This document shows positions 22,244-32,262 of a stretch of DNA of 64,000 bases, one piece after another. Position 1 is the first letter of the stretch, and every line of letters starts with the position of its first letter. The stretch lies in NCBI GenBank assembly GCA_049968255.1, contig JBMFRB010000001.1, positions 224,001 to 288,000 on the forward strand, in the 5' to 3' direction. This DNA is from Candidatus Sumerlaeaceae bacterium. Lineage in GTDB: Bacteria; Sumerlaeota; Sumerlaeia; Sumerlaeales; Sumerlaeaceae. The notes below the pieces were generated by a model that saw nothing but the letters and a program-made list of their open reading frames with translations, was not told where the DNA came from and did not search any database. The position numbers were made by a program, and so were the translations under genes.

Positions 22244-24172
22244 GTGGAGGCAAGACGGAATCGAAAATCAACGCGCATAGGCTGGATTCTGCGAGCGGAT
22301 GTGTTGTGCTGGATCTGCGCAGGGCTCGCTGGATTTGTCACAGCCGTAGCGCCACACCGCGGGCTGGCTTTGCTTTTTCTTTTCGCAAGCGGCGTGCCTT
22401 TGGCCGCGTTGCTCCGGCGAAAATATTTTCTCACAGAATTTTTCGCTGTGACCGTGGGATGCGCGTTGGTCGTTCTCACACTTTCCGCCGCCATCAGCAT
22501 CATCTTAGGAATATTTGCGTCGCGGTCTGCATTGATGCTACCGGCAGTGCTCGCATTTCTCGCTGGAGTGCGGTTGCGGGGGGCTCAGATCGAACTTTGC
22601 TGCGCTCGCCGCGATCTTGCCGCAGCTGGGGTGGGAGCAATTGTGTTGGCAGCGGCATCTTTTGTCTACCTATCGAACGGCCCAGTGGCGACGCCACGTG
22701 GTTACGCTTACATCATGCGCCATTGGCTCGCTCGCGATGGAGCTTACCTCTTTGGACTTGTTCAGGAGGCACTCGAGCGTCGCAGCTATCCTGATGAAAA
22801 CCCGTTCATGGCTGGCGTGCCAAACTCCTATGCCTCGCTTGGGCACTGCGGCCTGGGACTGCTCTGCACAGCGGAAGGGGAAATTGCCGCGTTTGCGCTT
22901 TGGCCATATGGCATCTTTTTTCATGTCGCTGCTGCTATGCTCCTTGCTCACACCATGGCGCGCGGGAGCAGGGCGAAGACACAGCAGACGCGCTGGGATT
23001 GGGTGCTCCTTGCTGCAGCAGCACTTGTGGCGTGGCGTGCTGATTTCTTTGTGTATCCACAAAGCCAGAGCTATTTTTTGCCTGTGCTGTCGCTTTTCCT
23101 TTGGTGGACATCGCAACGCGGTTGGTGGAAGCTCTCGGCGGCACGCAACATGGCTTTGGGCGGCGCTCTTGTGCTTACAAGCGTGCACACAGTCAGCGCA
23201 GCTGTCGCCCTGTGCGTGCTCGTGGGGGCCACATTTGGGCAGTGGCGTTCGCTGTGGACTTGGCCGCTAGCTTCACAAAGTTTATGGTTGAGCGGCCTCC
23301 TCATTGCACTTTCGAGCTTCTGGTTTTTTGGCGGAACGCCTTACGGACCACGCCTAAGCGCGCCGACCTCTCTGGCACTCGAGCAGCTGCAAAAACATGC
23401 TCTCCCCTATCTTCCCCTTTATATTCTTGTGGGCTGGGGGACGTTCGCCGCATGGCGCCGGCGAGATTATCTGGTATCAAGTGCACTTGGGCTGCTCGGC
23501 GGGCTCGCTATGCTCTACACGTTGGTGGGGATCATGTCAGTAGATCCATTTTCTGTTTTTTTCGCAATTTTCAATGCGCAGCGACTTCCTTATTTCGCAT
23601 CCGTCGTCGCGCTTGCGTATTTGCTAGGGCTCAGCAATGTTGCCCGTGTTGCTGCTGTTTTGCTAGCCGTTTTGCCCCTCATCTTTTTTCCCTCACCACT
23701 TCTCAGGGAAACATGGAACCTCGTGCTGGCGCCACCACTCGTGTTTACGCCATCTGACATACATGCTTACCATTTCATCCGGGAAGAGACGCCACCGCGT
23801 GCGCGGTTCCTCAGCAATGCTGAACATTGGGGGCTAGCCACTTTCACAGGACGCACGGAATTTGCACGGGGACCGGTGCCAGCCTTTGGCCTCCACACCG
23901 TTCCGGAGGACGAGGCCTACCGTCTGTTTGCTCTTCGCGAGGCCTTTTTGCAAGGACAGCACATGCAGGAATTGTGGCGGGTGCTTCACGACAGATTCCG
24001 AATAGAGTACGTGCTCCTTGAACATGCCAAAGCAAAAAGCACTTCGGAATTTGCGCAGCGTCTGGCTATGTTGGAATGGCGCGGGATGAGATTTGTTGTC
24101 GAATTCGACAGCTCACAGACGGTGTTGTTTCATTGGACGCGGCAGGATGATGAGCCACAAGCCAACCCTTAA
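22244..24172 (+). CDS. Polytopic membrane protein, divergent DUF2298/GT-C-like
   Basis: Many TM segments; YPDENPFMAG..YASLGH and FIREETPPRARFL..ATFTGR echo the DUF2298 protein. Start uncertain; the ORF opens at 22112 but overlaps the divergent M42 gene. Confidence 0.65.
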   Translation: MEARRNRKSTRIGWILRADVLCWICAGLAGFVTAVAPHRGLALLFLFASGVPLAALLRRKYFLTEFFAVTVGCALVVLTLSAAISIILGIFASRSALMLPAVLAFLAGVRLRGAQIELCCARRDLAAAGVGAIVLAAASFVYLSNGPVATPRGYAYIMRHWLARDGAYLFGLVQEALERRSYPDENPFMAGVPNSYASLGHCGLGLLCTAEGEIAAFALWPYGIFFHVAAAMLLAHTMARGSRAKTQQTRWDWVLLAAAALVAWRADFFVYPQSQSYFLPVLSLFLWWTSQRGWWKLSAARNMALGGALVLTSVHTVSAAVALCVLVGATFGQWRSLWTWPLASQSLWLSGLLIALSSFWFFGGTPYGPRLSAPTSLALEQLQKHALPYLPLYILVGWGTFAAWRRRDYLVSSALGLLGGLAMLYTLVGIMSVDPFSVFFAIFNAQRLPYFASVVALAYLLGLSNVARVAAVLLAVLPLIFFPSPLLRETWNLVLAPPLVFTPSDIHAYHFIREETPPRARFLSNAEHWGLATFTGRTEFARGPVPAFGLHTVPEDEAYRLFALREAFLQGQHMQELWRVLHDRFRIEYVLLEHAKAKSTSEFAQRLAMLEWRGMRFVVEFDSSQTVLFHWTRQDDEPQANP

Positions 24173-24581
24173 GAAAATTGGAATAAAGAAGCCGCTTGTG
24201 CGAGTTGTCGCCGGCGTCGCAAGGCGCCAAGCCCATGTCTTTGTGGCGAAGCGGCGTGCCGATGACAGCCTCGGTGGATTTTGGGAATTTCCAGGGGGCA
24301 AAGTCGAGGAAGGGGAAACACCGGAGGCGGCGCTCAAGCGTGAGTTTTTTGAGGAATTTGGTGCTCTGGTCGAGGTCGGTTCTTTCCTTGGCTCAAACAC
24401 ACACGAGTACGACCATGTGATCATTGAGCTCATAGGTTATGAAGTATCTTTGCTCGGAGCAATATCACGCATGGATGCTCATGAATGCATGGCATGGGTC
24501 CCGATAGCTGATTTGGAGTTTTACGACTTGGCGCCTGCCGATGAGTTTCTGAAAGGGTTTCTAGTGGAAAACCAAGAGTAA
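24150..24581 (+). CDS. MutT-like Nudix (d)NTP pyrophosphohydrolase
   Basis: WEFPGGKVEEGETPEAALKREFFEE, HEYDH, LAPAD. Confidence 0.88.
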   Translation: MSHKPTLKKIGIKKPLVRVVAGVARRQAHVFVAKRRADDSLGGFWEFPGGKVEEGETPEAALKREFFEEFGALVEVGSFLGSNTHEYDHVIIELIGYEVSLLGAISRMDAHECMAWVPIADLEFYDLAPADEFLKGFLVENQE

Positions 24582-24587
24582 CGGTGA

Positions 24588-25976
24588 ATGAAGCAGTGGG
24601 AGTATGAGCTGTTGGCGCGACGAAACCCAAGCATTCGAAGGCATGTCGTGTTCTTGCTTGTGTTGCTTGCCTTTTGGCAAGGCGTTTCATGCTTTGGTAA
24701 TTTATTAGCAAAAACTCAAGCTACGACAAGCACGGTCGTAGCCGTTCCACGCCAGGCACAGCCATTGACGACAGGCGCCCTTATTATTCAGAATAACTCG
24801 CCATTCCAGATTGTGACGTTACGGATATCGACGTCGCGCACTCCGGACCTGAGCACGTTCGATAGCATTCTCCTAGAGGTGCAGCGGCGTGCTGCCGAAC
24901 AAACGACGGTTGCGTTGGCTCATTCTGCTTACAACTTGGTATCGGAATTTCGCCCGTATAACTGGATTTCGGCCAAACCAACGGAGGAGGTCTTTGATCC
25001 CGTAAAACTTTTTAATGTTTACGGTTACGGACTTTGCGATGCTGCAGCCCGAGCACTGGCAACTATTCTCTGGGGGCTACAAATCCGGGCGCAAGTTTGG
25101 GATCTCCGTGTGCACGTCGTCGCTGAATTTTTCGATGGCAAACACTGGCAAGGGCTCGACCCGGATATGCGTGTCCATGCTTACGTGGGGACGACTTCGC
25201 GCACGTTGCCAGCCCGTTACTATTGGGGCTTCCGACAGAAACTCCAACCTGCTGAGGTTTCTGATCCGAACATGGCACAGATGCTACGCAAACAGCTTGT
25301 CTCTGCCCTGGACCAGGTCACTTCACCGCCGCAGCGCGCCTATTGGCGCCCATTCTCCGCGCATGATGCGAGGCTTCGATTACGACCTGGTGAGCAAGTC
25401 ATTCGTTATTCGGATTCGCGCTTGGGTTATTACGCTACTCTCTCCACCGAGCCACCCCCGCTCTATGCCAACGCTGTTTTTCGTTGGGAACGGGAGCTTC
25501 CCGCAGAGATTCCAAGTGACGACGATCTTGACGACATGGCAATTCGCTCACGATTTCCATTCGTTATCGTTGGTGGCACCATCCACATCACAAGTCTCGA
25601 AGCAGGAGTACCACCGCCGGTGCCTTGGGTAATCACTGGCAACGGAGACTATGAACGATGCCCGCTCATCTCGACGGCGGAGAACGCTTTTGAAAGTTCT
25701 GCCACCTACGAGCTACCCCCGGCTATCATTGGACGCTATGATTTCACGGTACGGCTCTGCGGCGAGGACCTGTTTTCTTGCAACAATCTGCCGCGTGTGC
25801 GCTATGAGCAGACTGTCATCACGCAGTGCAGCTCTTCGACGTTCCCTGCAATCCCCGAAGGCGAGGGTGACGAGCTTGTGCGAGTGGAAACCTCCGATAA
25901 TGCCCTTTTCGATATGACGTTGTTGTACCGCACTGGGGACGATCTCCCTGATGATTTTAGCGTTTTGACGGAGTGA
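24588..25976 (+). CDS. Exported or membrane-anchored protein with a transglutaminase-like Cys-His-Asp motif
   Basis: N-terminal hydrophobic segment; YGYGLCDAAARAL...HVVAEFFDGKHWQGLDPD. Confidence 0.6.
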   Translation: MKQWEYELLARRNPSIRRHVVFLLVLLAFWQGVSCFGNLLAKTQATTSTVVAVPRQAQPLTTGALIIQNNSPFQIVTLRISTSRTPDLSTFDSILLEVQRRAAEQTTVALAHSAYNLVSEFRPYNWISAKPTEEVFDPVKLFNVYGYGLCDAAARALATILWGLQIRAQVWDLRVHVVAEFFDGKHWQGLDPDMRVHAYVGTTSRTLPARYYWGFRQKLQPAEVSDPNMAQMLRKQLVSALDQVTSPPQRAYWRPFSAHDARLRLRPGEQVIRYSDSRLGYYATLSTEPPPLYANAVFRWERELPAEIPSDDDLDDMAIRSRFPFVIVGGTIHITSLEAGVPPPVPWVITGNGDYERCPLISTAENAFESSATYELPPAIIGRYDFTVRLCGEDLFSCNNLPRVRYEQTVITQCSSSTFPAIPEGEGDELVRVETSDNALFDMTLLYRTGDDLPDDFSVLTE

Positions 25977-26087
25977 AGCCCCATATCCCCCGGAATCATC
26001 GCGTTGACGGCTTTGTTGGGACGAATTGCTCAGCAGAGACGCTCCTGCCAAGGGCCGCAAGAACCTGACAGTGCCAAGACGCCACTT

Positions 26088-27605
26088 TTAACGCCAACTC
26101 GCCATCACACGTGGAAGCTTATCAGCCACCTCACTGGCCAAAACACCACATTCGCCTACGAGTTGGGCACACAGACGCCCTGCTTCCAAATGCAAACGAG
26201 CACCGAGCACAGCTGCACGCCAAGCCTCAAGACCTTGGCCCACAAGCGCTGCAATCACCCCAGAAAGGACGTCGCCCGTACCACCTTTGGCGAGGGCCGA
26301 ACAGGCACCCGCATTGATCCACACTTGGCCGTCCGGACGCGCGATGAGGGTATCGGGCCCCTTGAGAAGCACTACGGCATTGGTTCGCACCGCTGCGGAT
26401 GTCGCTGCAGCAAATCGATCCAGCTGAACTTCCTGAGGAGTAAGTTTGAGCAAGCGGGCCATCTCGCCAGGGTGTGGAGTAAGAATAACATTTTCCCGCA
26501 ATTTCGGCATGCCCCATGCTGCGAGGATCGTGAGGGCATCTGCGTCGACAACCATCGGTAACGAGAGTTCGGACACAAGTGCATGCACCAACTCGCGTTG
26601 ACCTGGTCCTGTTCCCAACCCCATTCCCACGGCCAGAACATCTAGCTTCGCTGCTGTTTCCGCAATTACAGGGAATCCAGAATCGTCAAGCCACCGGCCA
26701 TCGCGCGATGGAACAATGACAGTGACTGCCTCGGGAAGAGCCATTTTCGCGATGGGGTTCAAAGACTCTGTTGTGAAAAGGTAGACGAGCCCTGCGCCGC
26801 TGCGCAGCGCTGCACGAGCAGCAAGAAGGGCTGCCCCAGCGAAGGGCGGAGACCCAGCCACAACACCAACTTTGCCAAACGTGCCTTTGTTGGCTGTGAT
26901 CGGACGAGGCGGAAGCCAGCCTTGAAGCTCATTCTGCGTGGCAAGGTTATAGCACCACTCGTCACTGGCGAGAAGCTGCTGTGGGAAATTGATCCGTTCG
27001 ACGATCAGCTCGCCCGTGTAAAGCGAGCCTGGAAGCGTCACGGTGCACAGTTTCGGGGCCCCAATTGCAACCGTGAGATCGGCTTGCACCACCGGCCCCA
27101 AGTGCTCTTGTGGCGCGAGCTCCCGCACGCCTGATGGCACGTCCACAGCCAAGACGGTGGATGAAGCCGCGCAAATCGCTTGCACCGCTTCCGCAAAAAC
27201 TCCGCGAAGCGACCCGCGAATCCCCGTGCCACAAACAGCGTCCACAACAAGATCAGCATGGCTAAGGTGGTCGCGCAGCTCAGCTGCGCTTACGATCGAG
27301 ACGCCGGCTTCCTCGGCTTCCCGCAAGGCTACCTCAGCAGCTCCTTTTAGACTGCTCGGCTCTCCCACTGCCACCACCTTGACATTTGTGCCGGCCTGTT
27401 TGAGATAGCGCGCCGCAACATAGCCATCGCCAGCATTGTTGCCTTTTCCGCATACCACCAGAGCGAAACGGGGCTCAAACCGCTCGCGAGCTATCCGTGC
27501 GACAGCGCGCCCTGCCTCTTCCATGAGTGCCTGCTCCGCGATGCCGAATTCGGTCCGCGCCCGAGCATCGACAGCTCGCATTTGTTCATTTGTCAGCACT
27601 TTCAT
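26088..27605 (-). CDS. nnr: Bifunctional NAD(P)HX epimerase/dehydratase
   Basis: YjeF_N CGKGNNAGDG, DAVCGTG, AVDVPSG; carbohydrate-kinase-like NKGTFG, VVDADAL, LTPHPGE, LAKGGTGDVLSG. Confidence 0.93.
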   Translation of the reverse strand: MKVLTNEQMRAVDARARTEFGIAEQALMEEAGRAVARIARERFEPRFALVVCGKGNNAGDGYVAARYLKQAGTNVKVVAVGEPSSLKGAAEVALREAEEAGVSIVSAAELRDHLSHADLVVDAVCGTGIRGSLRGVFAEAVQAICAASSTVLAVDVPSGVRELAPQEHLGPVVQADLTVAIGAPKLCTVTLPGSLYTGELIVERINFPQQLLASDEWCYNLATQNELQGWLPPRPITANKGTFGKVGVVAGSPPFAGAALLAARAALRSGAGLVYLFTTESLNPIAKMALPEAVTVIVPSRDGRWLDDSGFPVIAETAAKLDVLAVGMGLGTGPGQRELVHALVSELSLPMVVDADALTILAAWGMPKLRENVILTPHPGEMARLLKLTPQEVQLDRFAAATSAAVRTNAVVLLKGPDTLIARPDGQVWINAGACSALAKGGTGDVLSGVIAALVGQGLEAWRAAVLGARLHLEAGRLCAQLVGECGVLASEVADKLPRVMASWR

Positions 27606-27768
27606 TTGTTGCGGCTCCCTAGAAAGTTTTGTGGAATCACCTTGACGTGACCATAGACTTCAAGCCCACTAGATACACCGGCGACAGTTGAGTTAAAGCA
27701 TTTTCTTGACTTCACCAAGAAGCACGCGCGAACCAAAGTAAGTTGTCGAACTTAGATGAGGGCATAAC

Positions 27769-28485
27769 GTGGCTACGAAAAAAGCTACTTCTGCGAGTGC
27801 GCGGAATGAACCATCGTTCCAGCTTCCGCGAATCATGGTAACAACTGACGTGGTTCTCTTCACATTTGAGGAACAACAGCTCAAGGTGCTTTTGGTCAAG
27901 CGGGCAACACCGCCGTTCGAAGGTCTGTGGGCCTTCCCCGGAGGAATACTGGAAGAAAATGAAGAGCTTGAAGAGTGTGCGCTGCGCGAGCTCAAGGAGG
28001 AGACAGGGCTTACCACCGCGCGCTTGAAACAGTTTGGGGCCGTCGGAACAATCGGGCGAGATCCGCGTGGACGATCGGTAAGCATTGTGTACTTCGGAGC
28101 AGTGCCGGCGGAAGTTTCGAACCCGGAACCCGGAGAAGAAGTTGCCGATGCTCAGTTCCACATGGTAAAGCGGCGGCCGCGTCTGGCTTTTGACCACGAG
28201 CAGATTCTCAAGGCTATCCTGAATCGGTTGCGGGAAGAAATCGTTCAGTCGGAGCTACTTTTTGACTTCTTCCGGTCAGTGATTCCATCCGCTGATATGC
28301 TTGCACTCATCGAACAGATTTGGGGAACGACGGCTGACCGCCGCAAATGGGATGGCTGGATGCATAGCTTGCCATTCCTTCAGGAGATGAGCGGTGGTGA
28401 CCGTTTCCGGCTGGACCGCACCGAGATGCGCCGTTGGTTGCGCAATCACACACTGAACATCGCAGAGCTTTTCCCCACAACATAA
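27769..28485 (+). CDS. Nudix hydrolase, NrtR-like (ADP-ribose sensing/hydrolysis)
   Basis: TTDVVLFT..LKVLLVKR..PFEGLWAFPGG, Nudix box RELKEETGL, RDPRGRSVSIVY, LAFDHEQI; extra C-terminal domain. Confidence 0.8.
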   Translation: MATKKATSASARNEPSFQLPRIMVTTDVVLFTFEEQQLKVLLVKRATPPFEGLWAFPGGILEENEELEECALRELKEETGLTTARLKQFGAVGTIGRDPRGRSVSIVYFGAVPAEVSNPEPGEEVADAQFHMVKRRPRLAFDHEQILKAILNRLREEIVQSELLFDFFRSVIPSADMLALIEQIWGTTADRRKWDGWMHSLPFLQEMSGGDRFRLDRTEMRRWLRNHTLNIAELFPTT

Positions 28486-28608
28486 TTTGTGAGAAAAAGC
28501 GCCTCCTGCGGCGTAGATTGGTCGTCAGCAGACAGCTAGAGCGATGGTCCCCGCAGAATTCGGAGTGTGCTAAATCTTTCGCGCCTTTACACCCCAAAAG
28601 GAGAGTGA

Positions 28609-30087
28609 ATGGGCTTCTCTTTCAGCGATCCCCCAGCCTACGAGGATGTTGTTCGGTTTTTTGAGTGCCTCATCGATTACGAAAGAGGACGACACAGCCG
28701 CTTTCGTGAGGAAACACGCGAGACGGATCTCGAGAGATTTCGTCGCCTTTTGGACGACCTTGGCTCGCCACAATTTTGCGCGCCGACCTTTCATGTGGCC
28801 GGGACGAAGGGCAAAGGCTCTGTGTGCGCCTTTTTGGCGAGTATATTGGGAAAAGTTGGATTGCGTGTGGGACTTTACACCTCACCCCACATCGAGAACT
28901 ACTGCGAAAGGATCCGCGTAAATGACGCGAATATCTCGGATCAAGAATTGGCGCACCTCATTGCCGCCCTCGCGCCAAAAGTCGAGAAAAATTTCTCTGC
29001 CAAAGGGGAGGGCTTTCGCACGGTTTTCGAACTTCTGACGGCGGCTGGTTTTGTTTATTTCAGCCGTCAAGGCGTGGATGTTCTCGTCGTTGAAACTGGT
29101 CTCGGCGGACGACTCGATGCAACAAACGTGTTCGCTCAGCAGCGCAGAAATTTTGACGTGCCCCATGTGAGCGTTATCACATCCATTGGCTACGATCACA
29201 TGGAGATTTTGGGCGACACAATCGAAAAGATTTCTGCGGAAAAGGCTGGGATTATCCATCATCAGGCCTCTGTTGTCGTAGGGGCTCAGGCTCCTCTCTA
29301 CCGCGATGCGGTCAGAAAGGTCATCGAGAACCGCGCCGCCAAAGTTGGCTGCCATCGCGTTTTTTATGCCGAAGAGCTTGTAGAAAGCGCGTTTGTTCCT
29401 GAGCTGACGTCGCTCAGCGAAGTGACTCACGGTGCAGGCGAATTTGTGCTCACTAAGGAAGGCCAGCGGCATTTTTCGAGCACCTCGCTAGGGCAACAAC
29501 TCGCGAAGGGAATTCGGCTCAAGGTCGGTCTACCAGGGCTCCACCAGCTCGAAAACCTTCGCACAACTCTTGTGGCGTTGCTTGCTGCTGAGCAACTCGG
29601 GATGGGGCGAGTTTCTACGGCGGCTCTTATGGCCGGAAGTCGTGATGTTCGTTGGCCAGGGCGCTTCGAAATTCTTAGCCGAGAACCAGTGGTGGTAGTC
29701 GACGGTGCGCATTGCGAGCTGTCCACGATGGCGATGGCAAAGACTTACCGCCAACTGTGGGGAAATCAGTCCGTCCACGTTGTCCTTGGGCTTATGCAGG
29801 ACAAAGCTCTCTCGAGAATTCTCGCTGCCACGCGCGGTTTACTTCCAGCGTCTCGCTATTACTGCTGCACGCCACCAAGCCCACGGGGGCGCCCGGCGGC
29901 CGAAGTAGCAGCCGAGGTGAAAGAAACTCTCGGTGTCGAGGCCGAAGCTTATGATTCGCCGCAAGAGGCGGTTACAGCGGCTTGGCAAAGCGCTCGACGT
30001 GAGGGCGCTGGCATTATCGCATTCGGATCGTTTTACCTAGTGGCACCTTATAAACGCATATTGGCTCGCCTGCTTCAGGATAGCTAA
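28609..30087 (+). CDS. folC: Folylpolyglutamate synthase/dihydrofolate synthase
   Basis: HVAGTKGKGS, GLYTSPH, ETGLGGRLDATN, SIGYDH, EKAGII, WPGRFE, DGAH, FGSFYL. Confidence 0.94.
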   Translation: MGFSFSDPPAYEDVVRFFECLIDYERGRHSRFREETRETDLERFRRLLDDLGSPQFCAPTFHVAGTKGKGSVCAFLASILGKVGLRVGLYTSPHIENYCERIRVNDANISDQELAHLIAALAPKVEKNFSAKGEGFRTVFELLTAAGFVYFSRQGVDVLVVETGLGGRLDATNVFAQQRRNFDVPHVSVITSIGYDHMEILGDTIEKISAEKAGIIHHQASVVVGAQAPLYRDAVRKVIENRAAKVGCHRVFYAEELVESAFVPELTSLSEVTHGAGEFVLTKEGQRHFSSTSLGQQLAKGIRLKVGLPGLHQLENLRTTLVALLAAEQLGMGRVSTAALMAGSRDVRWPGRFEILSREPVVVVDGAHCELSTMAMAKTYRQLWGNQSVHVVLGLMQDKALSRILAATRGLLPASRYYCCTPPSPRGRPAAEVAAEVKETLGVEAEAYDSPQEAVTAAWQSARREGAGIIAFGSFYLVAPYKRILARLLQDS

Positions 30088-30195
30088 AGGTCCCGAAGCA
30101 CTCTAAGCGCCGTCGCCGCGCGGCACCTTGCTGTGTCCGCATTTCGACGAGACACAGCAAAAAACTGCACAGAAAAGGTCAAGACATCAACGGAC

Positions 30196-31995
30196 CTACT
30201 GCTCGACCTTGAGGACTGCCATAAAAGCTTCCTGCGGAATTTCGACGCGCCCCAACTGTTTCATGCGCTTCTTGCCTTCTTTCTGCTTTTCCAGGAGCTT
30301 GCGCTTGCGGGTAATGTCGCCTCCGTAGCATTTCGCGGTCACGTTTTTGCGCAGCGCTTTCACGGTTTCTCGTGCCAAAACCTTACCACCGATTGCGGCC
30401 TGAATGGCAACCTCGAAAAGCTGGCGCGGAACCAACTCTTTGAGCTTTTCGACCAAGGCACGTCCGCGATAGTAAGCCTGTTCGCGATGCACAATCGTCG
30501 AAAGGGCATCGACAATTTCACCGTTGATGAGGATATCGAGTTTCACCATGTCGGCTGGACGATACTCGGCCAGCTCGTAATCAAAGCTCGCGTAACCTTG
30601 CGACAGCGACTTTAGTTTGTCATAAAAATCGAGGATGACTTCGCCAAGCGGCAGTTCGTACTCGAGCAGCACCCGATTTTCTGTGATGTAGTGCATTTGC
30701 CGCTGAACTCCGCGCTTCTGCTGAAGGAGCTGTATGAGGTTGCCGAGGTATTGCGGGGGCGTGATGATGCGCGCGATAATAAAGGGCTCCTCGATGACCT
30801 CGATTTCACCGGGCGAAGGCATTTTCGTCGGATTGTCCACAAAGAGAACCTCTCCATTGCGCTTCGTGACCCGATAAACGACGTTCGGCGCCGTGGTGAT
30901 AAGGTTCAAGTTGAACTCGCGCTCGAGCCGCTCTTGGACAATCTCCATGTGGAGGAGGCCAAGGAAGCCGCAACGGAAGCCGAATCCGAGAGCGGCCGAA
31001 GTCTCCGGTTCATAAAAGAAGCTCGAATCGTTCAATCGGAGTTTTTCGATGGCGTCCTTGAGGTCATCATAGTCCTCGGAGTTGATGGGATAGAGTCCGG
31101 CAAACACAACGGGCCGCGCGGGCTTGTAGCCGGGAAGCGGAGTCGTAGCCGGGCGCTTGTCGTGCGTGATGGTATCGCCGACGCGCACCGAAGCCACATC
31201 CTTGATAGAAGCAATCACGTAACCGACCTCTCCCGCACCGAGCGAGTCGGTTTCGACCATTTTGGGGCTGAAGTACCCTACCTCGTCCACTTCGTAATCG
31301 GCTTGGGTGGACATGACGCGGATGCGCTCACCTTTCTTCAACACGCCGTCCACAACGCGCACGTACGTCACCACTCCGCGGAAGCTATCGTACTTCGAGT
31401 CGAAGATCAGCGCACGCAACGGCGCGTTGGGATCGCCTTGCGGCGGAGGAATTCGCTCAACAACAGCCTCGAGAATTTCGTCCGTGCCAATGCCAAGCTT
31501 AGCGCTCGCGAGGATGGCTTGCGATGCGTCGATTCCAACGATGTGTTCGATTTGGCGTCGCACCGCCTCGGGATCAGCGCCCGGGAGGTCTATTTTGTTG
31601 ATGACCGGAATGATTTCAAGGTTCTGCTCGATCGCAAGGTAAACATTGGCAAGCGTCTGAGCTTCGACACCTTGTGCAGCGTCCACGACAAGCAAAGCAC
31701 CCTCGCAGGCAGCAAGGCTGCGGGATACCTCATAGGTGAAATCCACGTGACCGGGCGTATCAATGAGATTGAGCTCGTAAAGCTGGCCGTTCTTCGCACG
31801 GTAAGGCAGCCGAACAGCTTGAGCCTTGATCGTGATGCCGCGCTCGCGCTCGAGGTCCATGGAGTCCAGGATTTGATCGCGCATCTCGCGCGAGCTCACG
31901 ACTTGGGTGCGCTCGATGAGGCGGTCGGCCAACGTGCTCTTTCCATGGTCAATATGCGCAATGATGCAGAAATTTCGTATGTTTTTAAGTTCCAT
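30196..31995 (-). CDS. lepA: Elongation factor 4
   Basis: [70 protein letters not shown]. Confidence 0.98.
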   Translation of the reverse strand: MELKNIRNFCIIAHIDHGKSTLADRLIERTQVVSSREMRDQILDSMDLERERGITIKAQAVRLPYRAKNGQLYELNLIDTPGHVDFTYEVSRSLAACEGALLVVDAAQGVEAQTLANVYLAIEQNLEIIPVINKIDLPGADPEAVRRQIEHIVGIDASQAILASAKLGIGTDEILEAVVERIPPPQGDPNAPLRALIFDSKYDSFRGVVTYVRVVDGVLKKGERIRVMSTQADYEVDEVGYFSPKMVETDSLGAGEVGYVIASIKDVASVRVGDTITHDKRPATTPLPGYKPARPVVFAGLYPINSEDYDDLKDAIEKLRLNDSSFFYEPETSAALGFGFRCGFLGLLHMEIVQERLEREFNLNLITTAPNVVYRVTKRNGEVLFVDNPTKMPSPGEIEVIEEPFIIARIITPPQYLGNLIQLLQQKRGVQRQMHYITENRVLLEYELPLGEVILDFYDKLKSLSQGYASFDYELAEYRPADMVKLDILINGEIVDALSTIVHREQAYYRGRALVEKLKELVPRQLFEVAIQAAIGGKVLARETVKALRKNVTAKCYGGDITRKRKLLEKQKEGKKRMKQLGRVEIPQEAFMAVLKVEQ

Positions 31996-32262
31996 GGGCC
32001 GCACTAAAATACGAGTGCGCAGGTAAACGCATTCGCCTTGATGACTTGCTTAGCACGGTGGCACGCGTTGGCGCCTGTACGCTCTCAGAAAGACCCACGC
32101 GTTTGCTCACCGGCCGGTAAAATTTTCAGCAAGTAAGTGTGGTGCGATCTGATCCCTGTTGCTCTCACGGTCGGAATCTGCTTTGGAAGCCACCTGGCTT
32201 CTCTTGTTTCTGCCAAGAGAAAAGCTGATGCGGCGCCGCGTGAGGAGCGCTTCTATGGTTTT

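Noticed and set aside
30691-32007. 438-aa plus-strand ORF, and similar long antisense ORFs over cysE, aceE, gatB, glgP, the Hsp70 gene and mazG
   Set aside because: Antisense shadows of conserved genes caused by codon bias; no recognisable motifs.
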